From Candidatus Latescibacterota bacterium (lineage in GTDB: Bacteria; Latescibacterota; UBA2968; UBA8231), in the NCBI GenBank assembly GCA_965205655.1, contig CBDBIJ010000054.1:1-31263 (forward strand): a DNA stretch of 31,263 bases, in the 5' to 3' direction. The notes under the pieces are model-generated. The model saw nothing but the letters and a program-made list of their open reading frames with translations, was not told the DNA's origin and made no database searches. Position numbers and translations under genes: made by a program. Positions 9,223 through 18,169 of the stretch are shown in pieces. Numbering within the stretch: the stretch's first letter is position 1; each line of letters begins with the position of its first letter.

Positions 9223-10236
9223 TCAGCCTCGCAGAAACTCCTTCACCCTTGGGTGGTTCATCACATCGGTGTTAAGGACGTTCGCCGGCGTCCGCCCCTC
9301 GAGCGTGTCGACGACCTGGTCGACGCAGCGCAAATCGAGGCGGATGGCAGACTCAACTGTGATCCCAGCACTGTGGTTCGTGCAGATGGCCCGGGGATGG
9401 TCTTTGAATATCTCTCTCGCGCCCGAGACCGGATCGTCGAGGACGTAGTAGAAGATACGGTCCTCGTTCAGGGCCCGGAGAGCGGCCTCGTCACCTACCA
9501 GGCTGGCGCGTGAGGGATTGAGCAGAGTGGCGTGCGGCTTCATCGAGCAAAGCCTGTCGTAATCGACGATCTGATCTCCCCCGGCAACGTGCAGTGAAAC
9601 AGTGTCGCATTCGCGAAACAGCGCCTCCGGCTCTTCGACTGCTTCGGCGCCGAACTGAGTTGCCACATCCGCAATGTCCGAACGGATATCGTACACCAGC
9701 AGACGGCCTTCGTCCCCGAGCAGGGGTTTGGCCATGCGAGCTACATGCTGGCCGATGCGTCCGAAGCCGTAGAGCCCGAGCGTCGAGCCGTTGGCCTCGT
9801 AGTTGCGGATGATGCGGAAGTCACCGCCATGTGAATTCCGGTTCAGGGTGTAGAGCCGCTTGAGGGTCGCCATCCATTGCGCAATCGTGTACTCGGCAAC
9901 CGTCTGAACGTGATCGGAGGCCACCGTGATGAGAACACCGCGTTCGGTGGCGAGGTCGATGTTGACTTTTTCGAAGCCGACACCGTAGCGGGAGATGATG
10001 CGCAGGTTCGGCGCCGCGTCATAGAAATCAGGGTGCACCTGCGCGGCGCTGGCGATCACCGCCACGACTCCGTTTCCGTCGGCAGCGGTCAATTCTCCGG
10101 GATAGAAAACCACCTCAGCCCGTTGCCGCAGCTTGTTTATGCCATCGCGCCGCGGATCGGAGTCGAAATCCTCGCTCCGCATGTCTTCCTTGACCAGGAT
10201 CTTGTCTGCCAACGCCACCTCTTGGCTTTCCGGCAT
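9223..10236 (-). CDS. D-isomer-specific 2-hydroxyacid dehydrogenase (phosphoglycerate dehydrogenase-like)
   Basis: Motifs ISRYGVGFEKVN, VAEY, GLYGFGRIG, VSLH, LNPSRA and TNHSAG. Confidence 0.88.
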   Translation of the reverse strand: MPESQEVALADKILVKEDMRSEDFDSDPRRDGINKLRQRAEVVFYPGELTAADGNGVVAVIASAAQVHPDFYDAAPNLRIISRYGVGFEKVNIDLATERGVLITVASDHVQTVAEYTIAQWMATLKRLYTLNRNSHGGDFRIIRNYEANGSTLGLYGFGRIGQHVARMAKPLLGDEGRLLVYDIRSDIADVATQFGAEAVEEPEALFRECDTVSLHVAGGDQIVDYDRLCSMKPHATLLNPSRASLVGDEAALRALNEDRIFYYVLDDPVSGAREIFKDHPRAICTNHSAGITVESAIRLDLRCVDQVVDTLEGRTPANVLNTDVMNHPRVKEFLRG

Positions 10237-10322
10237 GAGGGGCCGCCCCTATTGGTGGTTCGCCAAACGCTACAGTTTACGGCAACCATTCACTCATGGC
10301 CACCTGGCAGCCAGCGCTGTGC

Positions 10323-11045
10323 TCATTGGGTGTGGACGTAAGGATCCCGATTCGCCTCGGCCTCGGCAAAGAGGGTGTCGATGTAATCCCGTATAGAGAA
10401 CAGCCTGCATTCGGCACCGCCGACTTTGCCGCGACTGAGCCGGCCGAGGCCATCCCAGAAGGCGCCCATGGCGTGTCGATCGAGCCAGACGTATTCGGAC
10501 TTCGAATCCGCGGCGAGCAGGCGGTTCCAGCACATGACTTCGACGATGTGGACGTACGTGGAGGATTCGTAATCCACACCGAGCATGAGGAGCTTGCCGT
10601 CTCTCTCGTAGGCTCGGTACATGGGAGAGTGCACACCATACGTCTTGCCCCACGGCTCCAGGTCCCATGGCGATCGCAGACCCTCTCGACGCATGTGATC
10701 GGCGACGAACTCCTCGGAACCCGCGCCTCTGGCCGCTACTGAATGGGAGTAGTGCTCCGAGCGACAGACACCCGGCATGCGGCGGAAGAAGTCGGTGAGC
10801 CAGCCGACGGTAGAGGAGGCGGAGGAGATGTCCCAGGTCCCCGGCCGGTCTTCTTTGACCATATTGAAAGACGGCATGAGGATGAGGCCCGCCGGTCCCA
10901 CGGCGTCATCGAGGGCGCCGACTACGGTGGCGGCGCCTCCATCGACGGGTCCGATGCTCTTGAAAGAAGAGTGGATGAAGAGCAGATCGCCCGTCTCGAC
11001 GCCGAGGCGTTGTAGATCAGCGGCAAGTTGCTGGCGGGTCCACAT
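10323..11045 (-). CDS. AAC(3)/YokD family N-acetyltransferase
   Basis: Motifs LFIHSSFKSIG, LILMPSF, RSEHYSHSVAARG, SPM...GKLLMLGV and STYVHIVE. GGAGG RBS. Confidence 0.9.
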   Translation of the reverse strand: MWTRQQLAADLQRLGVETGDLLFIHSSFKSIGPVDGGAATVVGALDDAVGPAGLILMPSFNMVKEDRPGTWDISSASSTVGWLTDFFRRMPGVCRSEHYSHSVAARGAGSEEFVADHMRREGLRSPWDLEPWGKTYGVHSPMYRAYERDGKLLMLGVDYESSTYVHIVEVMCWNRLLAADSKSEYVWLDRHAMGAFWDGLGRLSRGKVGGAECRLFSIRDYIDTLFAEAEANRDPYVHTQ

Positions 11046-11066
11046 GTCTAGGATACCTCCTGGCGC

Positions 11067-12032
11067 TCATCTGGCCCTCTGGGGCGATTGCCCGGCGCGA
11101 TCGAAAGGCCTGCGGTCGTCCCAGCGGCCAAGCTCGAAGCGGCGCTCGTCGGCCGCCTCGGAAAGGGATCGGTATCGCGGCGCCCGGTTCCAATGGGCCT
11201 GGCCGGCGATCAGCGGGCGCAGATGGTCGGGGGCATCCTGCGCCAGTGAATCGCTTTGCCCCCCGAGCTCCCAGTAGGGAAACATGATCGGGCCGTAGCC
11301 GGTGATGATGACGACGCGCTCGGCGTCCGAGCGGATCTGGCCGGTAGCGTGAATGAGGGTTTCTCCGAAGAGGAGGGTCGAGCCGGCCGGCGCTACGAAC
11401 TGGTGAATGAGGGACCGGTCTTCGTAGGTCAGCTCGATGAGCTGCGACGCGGGTAGGTCCAGCTTGTGGCTGCCGGCGATGACGACGGTGCCGCTATCGT
11501 CCGGCCCGAGGTCCGTGAGGGTGGTCAGGGTCTTGACGAAGTTGCAATGCCAGAGGCCGTCTTGCATGTGGCAGGCGAAAGGCGCGTCAGCGCCGCGGTG
11601 AAAGCTGAAGCGCGGCCCACGCGTCCGCGCGTCGTCGTCGATGGATTCATCGGGGTCGCGTCTGTTGATGTGGACATTCATTTCGACGATGCGGGCCTCA
11701 CCACCGATGAACTCCTCGGCCATGCCGACCATCCACGGATGGGTGGCGTAGGCGGTGATGTCGGGGTCGGCGCCGAGGATGTTGGTCATGTAGTGGTGGT
11801 GTGGCTTGTCCATCTGGAGATAGGCAGAGCCGTGCTCGCCGGGAGCGCGCCCTGACTCTCCGAGGTTGCACAGTCTGTCCCTGAGGCGCTTGACGGCGCT
11901 CTGTAAGCGCTCCACCTCCTCAGGGGACAACGTATTCTCGATGACGACGTAGCCGTACACATCGAGATGGAGCCGTTGAGCCGGAGTGAGGGCGGGAAAG
12001 GGTTTTTCGAAGGTGAGGGTCGATCTCTTCAT
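11067..12032 (-). CDS. Phytanoyl-CoA dioxygenase (PhyH) family Fe(II)/2-oxoglutarate enzyme
   Basis: Motifs DVYGYVVIENTLS, FHRG (where HxD is expected), LTDLGPDDSGTVVIAGSHK, AGSTLLF and LIHATG...ER. Confidence 0.88.
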   Translation of the reverse strand: MKRSTLTFEKPFPALTPAQRLHLDVYGYVVIENTLSPEEVERLQSAVKRLRDRLCNLGESGRAPGEHGSAYLQMDKPHHHYMTNILGADPDITAYATHPWMVGMAEEFIGGEARIVEMNVHINRRDPDESIDDDARTRGPRFSFHRGADAPFACHMQDGLWHCNFVKTLTTLTDLGPDDSGTVVIAGSHKLDLPASQLIELTYEDRSLIHQFVAPAGSTLLFGETLIHATGQIRSDAERVVIITGYGPIMFPYWELGGQSDSLAQDAPDHLRPLIAGQAHWNRAPRYRSLSEAADERRFELGRWDDRRPFDRAGQSPQRAR

Positions 12033-12090
12033 AGCGGACGAAATTCGCGCCCAGTCACTGTCGATTCAAGCCCGGGAAGCAATCTCCCAA

Positions 12091-13527
12091 TCATGCGCAC
12101 ACGGGCGGACGTCGCCCTGCCCAGGGGCGAGCTTCCTCGAGCTGCGCCGCCAGCCTGAAGAGACGCGCCTCAGCGCCGAACGGCGCCACGAACTGCGTGC
12201 CAACCGGGAGCCTCGACGCGTTCCAGAACAGCGGCACCGACATGGCCGGCAGTCCCGTTACATTGCAGATGGGCGTGAACGGCATGAAGTCGAGAATTCG
12301 CTGCTCGCCAAACTCCCGCAGCTGCTCGACAGTCAGATCGAACGTCCCGAGGGTCACTGGCGGCTCGCCAAGGGTGGGTGTCAGCCACACATCGTAGCGT
12401 TCGAAGAAGGTTGCCATAGTGCGGGACACCAATTGCAAGTAGCTGAGCGCGAGGAGGTACTGGGCAGCCGGGGTGTCCAGGCCTCTCTCGTACACGGCCC
12501 AGGTCAGCGGTTCGAGGTGCTGCTCGGTGATCTGCAGACGGGTCAACAGCTCGAGTTCCTGGATTCGCGAAGCAACCATGGCGGCAAAGGCGATGCTGAA
12601 TCTCGACATCATCTCGGCACCATCTACATCGGGAGATCCTTCCTCCACAACGTGGCCGAGCTCCGCGCATAAACCGACCGCGTCCTCGACGGCGGCGCGA
12701 CAATCGATGTGGGCCTCGGCGCCACTCAGCATCGCGGAGGAATAGGCGATGTGCAGCTGGCCGGGATCGGCGCCTACTTCATCTATGAAGGGACGCTGCG
12801 GCGGCGGGGCTACGTAGGGGGCCCCCGGGTCGGGGCCACAGGTGCAGTCGAGCAGTGAGGCGCTGTCGCGCACCGATATCGTCAACGCGTGATCGGCGGC
12901 CAGCATGCTGGAGGGGTGACCGGACTCCGGCCCCATCGGGTTGCGCGCCCGCGTCGGTTTGAGTCCAAACACGCCGCAGCAGGAGGCGGGAATGCGGATG
13001 GAGCCACCGCCGTCGTTGCCGTGGGCCATGGGCACGAGGCGTGCGGCCACTGCCGCCGCCGAACCACCGCTGGAGCCCCCAGTCGTGCGCTCCGTATCCC
13101 ACGGATTGCGACTCGGCCCGAACAGACGCGGTTCGGTCGTGGCGTGACAGCCCAGCTCGGGGGTGTTCGTCTTACCGATGACGATGAGACCGGCCCGCTT
13201 GATGCGGCTGACCAGCTCGCTATCGAATTCCGGCACGAATCTCTCGAGGATCCCTGTGCCCGAGGTCATCGGCACGCCCGCGTACGGGGCGCCAAGATCC
13301 TTCAGCAGAAAGGGCACACCGGCAAAGCGGCCATCCGCCCCCACATCCGCCGCAACCGCTCTGGCTTCGTCATACATGGGGGTTACGACGGCGTTGATCG
13401 CCGGGTTGAAGCGCTCGATTCGCTCGACCGTCGCCTCGACGAGCTCCGCCGCAGAGATCTCCCTGTTTCGAACCAGCTCCGCCTGCGCCGTGGCATCGAG
13501 TCGGCTCAACGTATCGTCATCGATCAT
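12091..13527 (-). CDS. Amidase signature family enzyme
   Basis: Ser-cisSer-Lys triad motifs [42 protein letters not shown] and [11 protein letters not shown]. Confidence 0.95.
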   Translation of the reverse strand: MIDDDTLSRLDATAQAELVRNREISAAELVEATVERIERFNPAINAVVTPMYDEARAVAADVGADGRFAGVPFLLKDLGAPYAGVPMTSGTGILERFVPEFDSELVSRIKRAGLIVIGKTNTPELGCHATTEPRLFGPSRNPWDTERTTGGSSGGSAAAVAARLVPMAHGNDGGGSIRIPASCCGVFGLKPTRARNPMGPESGHPSSMLAADHALTISVRDSASLLDCTCGPDPGAPYVAPPPQRPFIDEVGADPGQLHIAYSSAMLSGAEAHIDCRAAVEDAVGLCAELGHVVEEGSPDVDGAEMMSRFSIAFAAMVASRIQELELLTRLQITEQHLEPLTWAVYERGLDTPAAQYLLALSYLQLVSRTMATFFERYDVWLTPTLGEPPVTLGTFDLTVEQLREFGEQRILDFMPFTPICNVTGLPAMSVPLFWNASRLPVGTQFVAPFGAEARLFRLAAQLEEARPWAGRRPPVCA

Positions 13528-13674
13528 GATGGCTAATGATCCGCGAACGACCGGGCCGCGGCAACCGGTGACGACGACGACATTGAGAGGCCCCCTGCGA
13601 TTCTGTAGATTGGCCGCCTATCAACTGCGACACCAGGCACACGAAAGGGCTTTCACGGCCCGGGGAGGTGATTC

Positions 13675-14115
13675 ATGAACCTGGGGAGACTCGTCCTCGC
13701 CACCGTCGCCGCGATGATCGCCATGGCGATCCTGGCCGGGCTGTGGCACACCTGGATCATGGCGGAATTCTACGCCGAGAATACGACAGTCGCGCGCGAA
13801 CAGCCGCTCGTCGGATTCCTGCTTCTCGGCCACTTCGTCCTCGCCTTGCTCATGTCGTACGTATACCCGCGAGGGGCCAGTGGCAGATCGCCAGTATCGG
13901 AAGGCGCGAGGTTCGGCGCCGTCATGGGGCTCATCTACGTGTTGCCGCACGGATTGATTCTGCACGCTGCGCAGGGAACATCGACAGCGACGCTCTTGCT
14001 CGTCGACGCCATCTGGCACGTCGTCGAGCAGGGGGTGGGAGGGGTCGTTATCGGTCTGGTCTACGGATCCGGCGTAGCGCCGAGCGACAGCGGCGCTCAA
14101 GGCGAATCTCGCTAG
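13675..14115 (+). CDS. Small four-TM membrane protein of unknown function (DUF1761-like)
   Basis: Strong RBS GGAGGT just upstream and four hydrophobic segments. Similar to 8770..9189. Confidence 0.75.
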   Translation: MNLGRLVLATVAAMIAMAILAGLWHTWIMAEFYAENTTVAREQPLVGFLLLGHFVLALLMSYVYPRGASGRSPVSEGARFGAVMGLIYVLPHGLILHAAQGTSTATLLLVDAIWHVVEQGVGGVVIGLVYGSGVAPSDSGAQGESR

Positions 14116-16745
14116 AAAGTCTGGTAAACTCTGGGTTCGCCCTCATCGGTAAGGACACAGCCGCTCATGACCTCCCTTTCGCTGTTACCGAAGGGCTTGT
14201 TGGTGCGGCCCATTGAGTGGAGATAGCTGGAGCCCGTCTGCAGCTCACCAGTGGCTTCCACCTGTGCCCGTCCGCGGGCCCTGGCGTGCATCTGCTTGCG
14301 CTCATTCTTGCAGAGCTCAAAGAGGTCGACGTAGCTGCCGTCCTCGAAGTCTTCGACGAAGAGAAGCTTCCCATCCACGGATAAGCGCACGAACAGATGG
14401 CCGAGCTCCCGGCTCCCCGACAGTTTGTCGAGGCTCACCACCGAGAGGGCGACACGGGGGTTGTTCTCGTGCCGCTCTTTTCGAACCGGGAGCCTGGCGC
14501 AGCCCGCCAGTTGCGCGCGGATCAGGTCGTCGACGCGCTGAGTCACCTTTTCGGGCTGATGGATCGGCTGCAGCGCACTCCACACCTTTCCGAGCATGTA
14601 CTCGCGCGTGGAGTCGAGGATGTCGCCCAGGCCGCAGGATGAGGCGAACTTCTCCGGAAGACCCTTCCCCGGCCCCCCGGCGGGATCGATACCCTCGAAC
14701 TGGAGCGGTTCGGAGCCAAACACAGCGGACAGGGACTCGACACTCTCGGTGTGGCCGCCCTCATTCAACGTCTGCAGATACTCCTCGCAGCTCGCCACAA
14801 CCCGCTCAACGGCCATTTCCGCCTCGACCAGCTCTGCGAGCGCCTTGATATCCGCGTCCGCTTTCTGGCGCACCGACTCGATCATCTCGCGATCCGCCTT
14901 ATAGGTCACGTTGCTCAACACAGTCTCGTACATCTTGGTGGCCGCTTCGGCGGAAAACTCCTCGGTGCCAGCGCGAGCGAGTTTGATGCTGCTTTTGAGC
15001 GCTTCGAGACGAACCAGTGAGGCGGCGGCGTGATCGAGCACCTTGGGCAGGGGCACGAGCTGGCGGCTATCAGACTCGAATGATCGACGGCTTGAGCTGA
15101 CGGTGTTGATGAAGGCCTGGGCCTCCAGATCGAAACGGCGCTCCTTGAGACGATTGTCGGCCGGCAGGGTGAGGAGGGCCTTGAGCTGCTGCTGCTGCGC
15201 CACCACACGCAGGGCGGCGTACGCCCTCTCTGCTCCGGAATTCTCGGTGAGGAGCGCGTCGGCCAGATCGCACAGCTCATCCACGTCTGCAGTCGGCTCG
15301 GAATAGAGGTTCCATATGCGGGGGTCCAGCTGCTCGAGGTTTCCGAGCAGCTGGCCGATGAGGTTGACCCTGGGGCCCAAGTCCGTTTTGGCAATGCGCG
15401 GGACTTCTAGAGGCTCATCAGACGCGACCGTCGCCGGCAGCTCGACGTCGGCCGTGTCGGATCCACCCGAGCCTGCAGCGGGCGGGGTCGGCGATGATGT
15501 TGATGATGCGTCTGTGGAGGCTGCTGGTGCCGCCGTTGAGGCAGAGGGGCGATCTATCTTCGCCGCCGCCGGCTTGGCCCCGCCGGCACCGAGAGGTGTG
15601 CTGCTCGAACTCTTCCCCGGCGCCGAACTGACGCTACGAGGCGCGGCCGCCGATCCAGAGGATGTGCCCCTCGCAGCCATGAGGGGGTTCGGCCCGGATT
15701 TCGCACCGCCGCCACCCGATTTGGGCTGCGGACGCAGGGCGCGCTCGCGGCCGGCGCCCCCATCGCCGACTCTCTTGCTGACGATGCTTCGTGCCTCCTC
15801 GGGCGAGGCAATGCGGGCGTGCAGTGGATCGAAGGTGCTGACCGCCCGTTGGCGAACGGCGAGCAGCTCTTCCGGAATCGATATATCGGCCTCGGCTTCT
15901 GCTTCGTAGACGGCCTCAATGGCGGTCTTGAAGCTGATGACGAACTCATCCGCTTCATCGTCTGGTTCGGGCCCATCATCCTCCTCGTCCTCATCATCCT
16001 CCTCTTCTCCATCACCTTCTTCCCCGGCGTCGTCATCCTCTGTGTAATCGGCATCCTCATCGGATGGATCCCCTGTCTCCCCCGACCGCTCGTCTTCATC
16101 ATCTTCTTCCGAATCTGCCTTCGACGCAGCCGCCTCACGAGTGGGCGATGACAGGGCCTCGGCAAGTGCGGCCCTCATTTTCAAGCACTGCGCGACTTCA
16201 TCGGTGAACGGCTTGTCGGACAGCGAGTTGAGAGCCAGGCCGGCAAAGCTGCCAAGGGTGCCTTTCTCTTCGACGAGGACTGTGAGAAGGCGGCTGAGAT
16301 TGACCTTGCCCGCCGGCAACAGCTTGGCCAGCAGCAGCGCCGTGCACAGGTCGGAGAGCAAAGATCGCACGAAGGTGTCGCGGGGGAGACTGGAGGACTT
16401 CGATGCGGACTTCTGATAGTAGCGCAGGACGGCGGCTCTGTACTTTTCCCCGACGGTGGCACCGTCCTGGAGCGAGCCGACGAAAGCGTTGAAGTGCAGG
16501 ACCACGGGGATTTCCTCCCGGAAGTCCAGGATGTCCTGATCGCGGCGGAATGCCCGCAGTCGCAGAACGTAGGCGACATCCGGCATCGTGCGGGCCACGA
16601 GCGCCATGGGATAGCAGATCTCATCCCATACCTCGACTGCCTCGTCGAGGTCGATCTCGAGCCGGGCGCACCAGTCGCGCCAGGTGTTTGCGGAGATCCG
16701 GCTCTCGCTCTGGATGCGTGCCAGACCCTGCGCTGCGGTGTTCAT
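14112..16745 (-). CDS. Large hypothetical protein (~877 aa) with an acidic tract and an Ala/Ser/Pro/Gly-rich linker
   Basis: Uninterrupted 2.6-kb ORF that fills the gap between neighbouring genes. ATG 16745 (MNTAAQG) is preferred over the track's start at 16820. No family recognised. Confidence 0.75.
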   Translation of the reverse strand: MNTAAQGLARIQSESRISANTWRDWCARLEIDLDEAVEVWDEICYPMALVARTMPDVAYVLRLRAFRRDQDILDFREEIPVVLHFNAFVGSLQDGATVGEKYRAAVLRYYQKSASKSSSLPRDTFVRSLLSDLCTALLLAKLLPAGKVNLSRLLTVLVEEKGTLGSFAGLALNSLSDKPFTDEVAQCLKMRAALAEALSSPTREAAASKADSEEDDEDERSGETGDPSDEDADYTEDDDAGEEGDGEEEDDEDEEDDGPEPDDEADEFVISFKTAIEAVYEAEAEADISIPEELLAVRQRAVSTFDPLHARIASPEEARSIVSKRVGDGGAGRERALRPQPKSGGGGAKSGPNPLMAARGTSSGSAAAPRSVSSAPGKSSSSTPLGAGGAKPAAAKIDRPSASTAAPAASTDASSTSSPTPPAAGSGGSDTADVELPATVASDEPLEVPRIAKTDLGPRVNLIGQLLGNLEQLDPRIWNLYSEPTADVDELCDLADALLTENSGAERAYAALRVVAQQQQLKALLTLPADNRLKERRFDLEAQAFINTVSSSRRSFESDSRQLVPLPKVLDHAAASLVRLEALKSSIKLARAGTEEFSAEAATKMYETVLSNVTYKADREMIESVRQKADADIKALAELVEAEMAVERVVASCEEYLQTLNEGGHTESVESLSAVFGSEPLQFEGIDPAGGPGKGLPEKFASSCGLGDILDSTREYMLGKVWSALQPIHQPEKVTQRVDDLIRAQLAGCARLPVRKERHENNPRVALSVVSLDKLSGSRELGHLFVRLSVDGKLLFVEDFEDGSYVDLFELCKNERKQMHARARGRAQVEATGELQTGSSYLHSMGRTNKPFGNSEREVMSGCVLTDEGEPRVYQTF

Positions 16746-16828
16746 GAATGGTGGGCGACGGGGGAATGCCTCAAAAGGGGATATGAGACTTATCGGCCGT
16801 CTTGCGTGAGAAAACACCAAAATTGTGG

Positions 16829-16855
16829 GGTTCGCGACACTTTGCGTCGCGAACC
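16829..16855 (-). terminator. Perfect 10-bp stem-loop downstream of sfsA; possible terminator or RNA stability hairpin
   Basis: GGTTCGCGAC-actttgc-GTCGCGAACC. On the minus strand it is followed by ccacaattttggtgtttt, an offset and weak U-tract. Confidence 0.4.
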
Positions 16856-16925
16856 TATCGATGAGGCGGACATTGCCTCGCGACGTCGCCTATCGGAGCG
16901 ATTTACGACACATAGGGTGCATCTA

Positions 16926-18080
16926 TCACTCGACGGGTTTCTCGCACGGGCGGGCCATGCGAAACTGCTGGAGCAGCTCGTGGAAGGGGGGTTGCTGCAA
17001 CGGGTCGCTGCCGGACCACATGAGATGAGTCGGGCAGGCGCAGTCGGAGGAGCCAAAACCGAGAGGACCGCGATCCAGCACCGCGCCGAAGGCCGAGGCG
17101 ACGCGGCATTCGAGCCTCTGCGAGCTGCGGATCGGCAGTGCGACGACGTGGTCGGCTGCCTGGCGCAGGTAGTCGATGTGCCAGTGCATTCGTTTTCGCT
17201 TCCTCATGTGTCGAGCGACGCGGGTTGAGAGGCTGGCCATGGCCGAGCCGACGTACACGTAGTAGCCCTTGTCGAAACGGATCGACCCGAGTTGACCGAT
17301 TGCCACACGCCGCACCCTCCGCAGCCTCAGAATCAGCAGATAGGCGCCCGCGTCTCTGACTTCCCTCTCGAGATAATCCCAGGGGATGACGAGCTGTCTC
17401 GCCTCCGGATCGAGAGTGAGATCGGATCGCCAGTCAATCGATATGGGGACGATCTGCACCTGTTCGCGCACCTCGAGGAAGGTGCGGCTGAAAGCGAGAT
17501 CGGTGTGATAGTCGGGCATGAACCACTCGACCTGCGGGGTGTGGACGACGAAGAGGACGACGGGACGCGCTCCAGGGCCGCGCATGGCGGCGAGCTCGAC
17601 GAGATGCTTCCGGCCTCTGTCGGTGACGGCATCGGGAAACATGGCGACGCCGTTGCCGAAGAGAGTGCACGACTTCACCTCCAGATGAATCTGCTCCCCG
17701 CCTGTGCGGAGGAGAAAATCGAAGCGGCTGCGACCGACCGCGACTTCGGAGTCGATGACCTCGGCCGACTCCAGCGCCGGTATGCGCTTATGGTCGATGA
17801 GGAAGCGAGCGACTCGGTTCGTCAGGTGAGTGTGGAGGAAGATCGGCTTGCCGTCGCGCTCCACCGCCAGCACGGTGTAGCGGGTGCGGCGGATACCGGA
17901 GTGGGGCGCGGGCTCGAGGTAGAGTGTGACACCGGAAAACAGGAGCTCGTGCATGCGACCGGGATTCGGCATGAATGCGCGGATGAGGCGACCGTCGAGC
18001 CGGCAGCGGACGAGGAACTGGTTCGGCCGGTCCACGAACTGACCCCGGAGGATGTCGCCAACGACCACGGGTTGCATCAT
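16926..18080 (-). CDS. sfsA: SfsA nuclease-like domain fused to a DUF123/Uri (GIY-YIG) endonuclease domain
   Basis: SfsA part: RPNQF, PNPGRMHEL, SRFDF, LEVKSCTL, FPDAVTDRGRKH. C-terminal part: GAYLL, GYYVYVGSA, RVARH, HWHIDYL, ECRVA, GFGSSDCACPTHL. Confidence 0.92.
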   Translation of the reverse strand: MMQPVVVGDILRGQFVDRPNQFLVRCRLDGRLIRAFMPNPGRMHELLFSGVTLYLEPAPHSGIRRTRYTVLAVERDGKPIFLHTHLTNRVARFLIDHKRIPALESAEVIDSEVAVGRSRFDFLLRTGGEQIHLEVKSCTLFGNGVAMFPDAVTDRGRKHLVELAAMRGPGARPVVLFVVHTPQVEWFMPDYHTDLAFSRTFLEVREQVQIVPISIDWRSDLTLDPEARQLVIPWDYLEREVRDAGAYLLILRLRRVRRVAIGQLGSIRFDKGYYVYVGSAMASLSTRVARHMRKRKRMHWHIDYLRQAADHVVALPIRSSQRLECRVASAFGAVLDRGPLGFGSSDCACPTHLMWSGSDPLQQPPFHELLQQFRMARPCEKPVE

Positions 18081-18169
18081 CGTTTTTGCAGAGCGGCTGC
18101 GCTCGAGCTACATTGCCGATCCGTTGACCCCCCAACGCACTCCTTCTACTAGCGCGGATCGGAGAAGAC

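Noticed and set aside
10323..11045. AAC(3)-like gene as an acquired aminoglycoside-resistance determinant
   Set aside because: It is embedded in a chromosomal metabolic run with host-like composition and no mobile-element context. The family includes many non-resistance enzymes.
15945..16115. TCA/TCC/TCG-rich repetitive DNA as a microsatellite or array
   Set aside because: It is explained by Asp/Glu codons in the orphan protein's acidic tract.
16829..16880. Minus-strand GACGCAAAG suggesting a c-di-GMP-I riboswitch upstream of the orphan gene
   Set aside because: The preceding GGCAAAC...GNRA stem and the downstream receptor stem are missing. The motif is simply the loop region of a hairpin.
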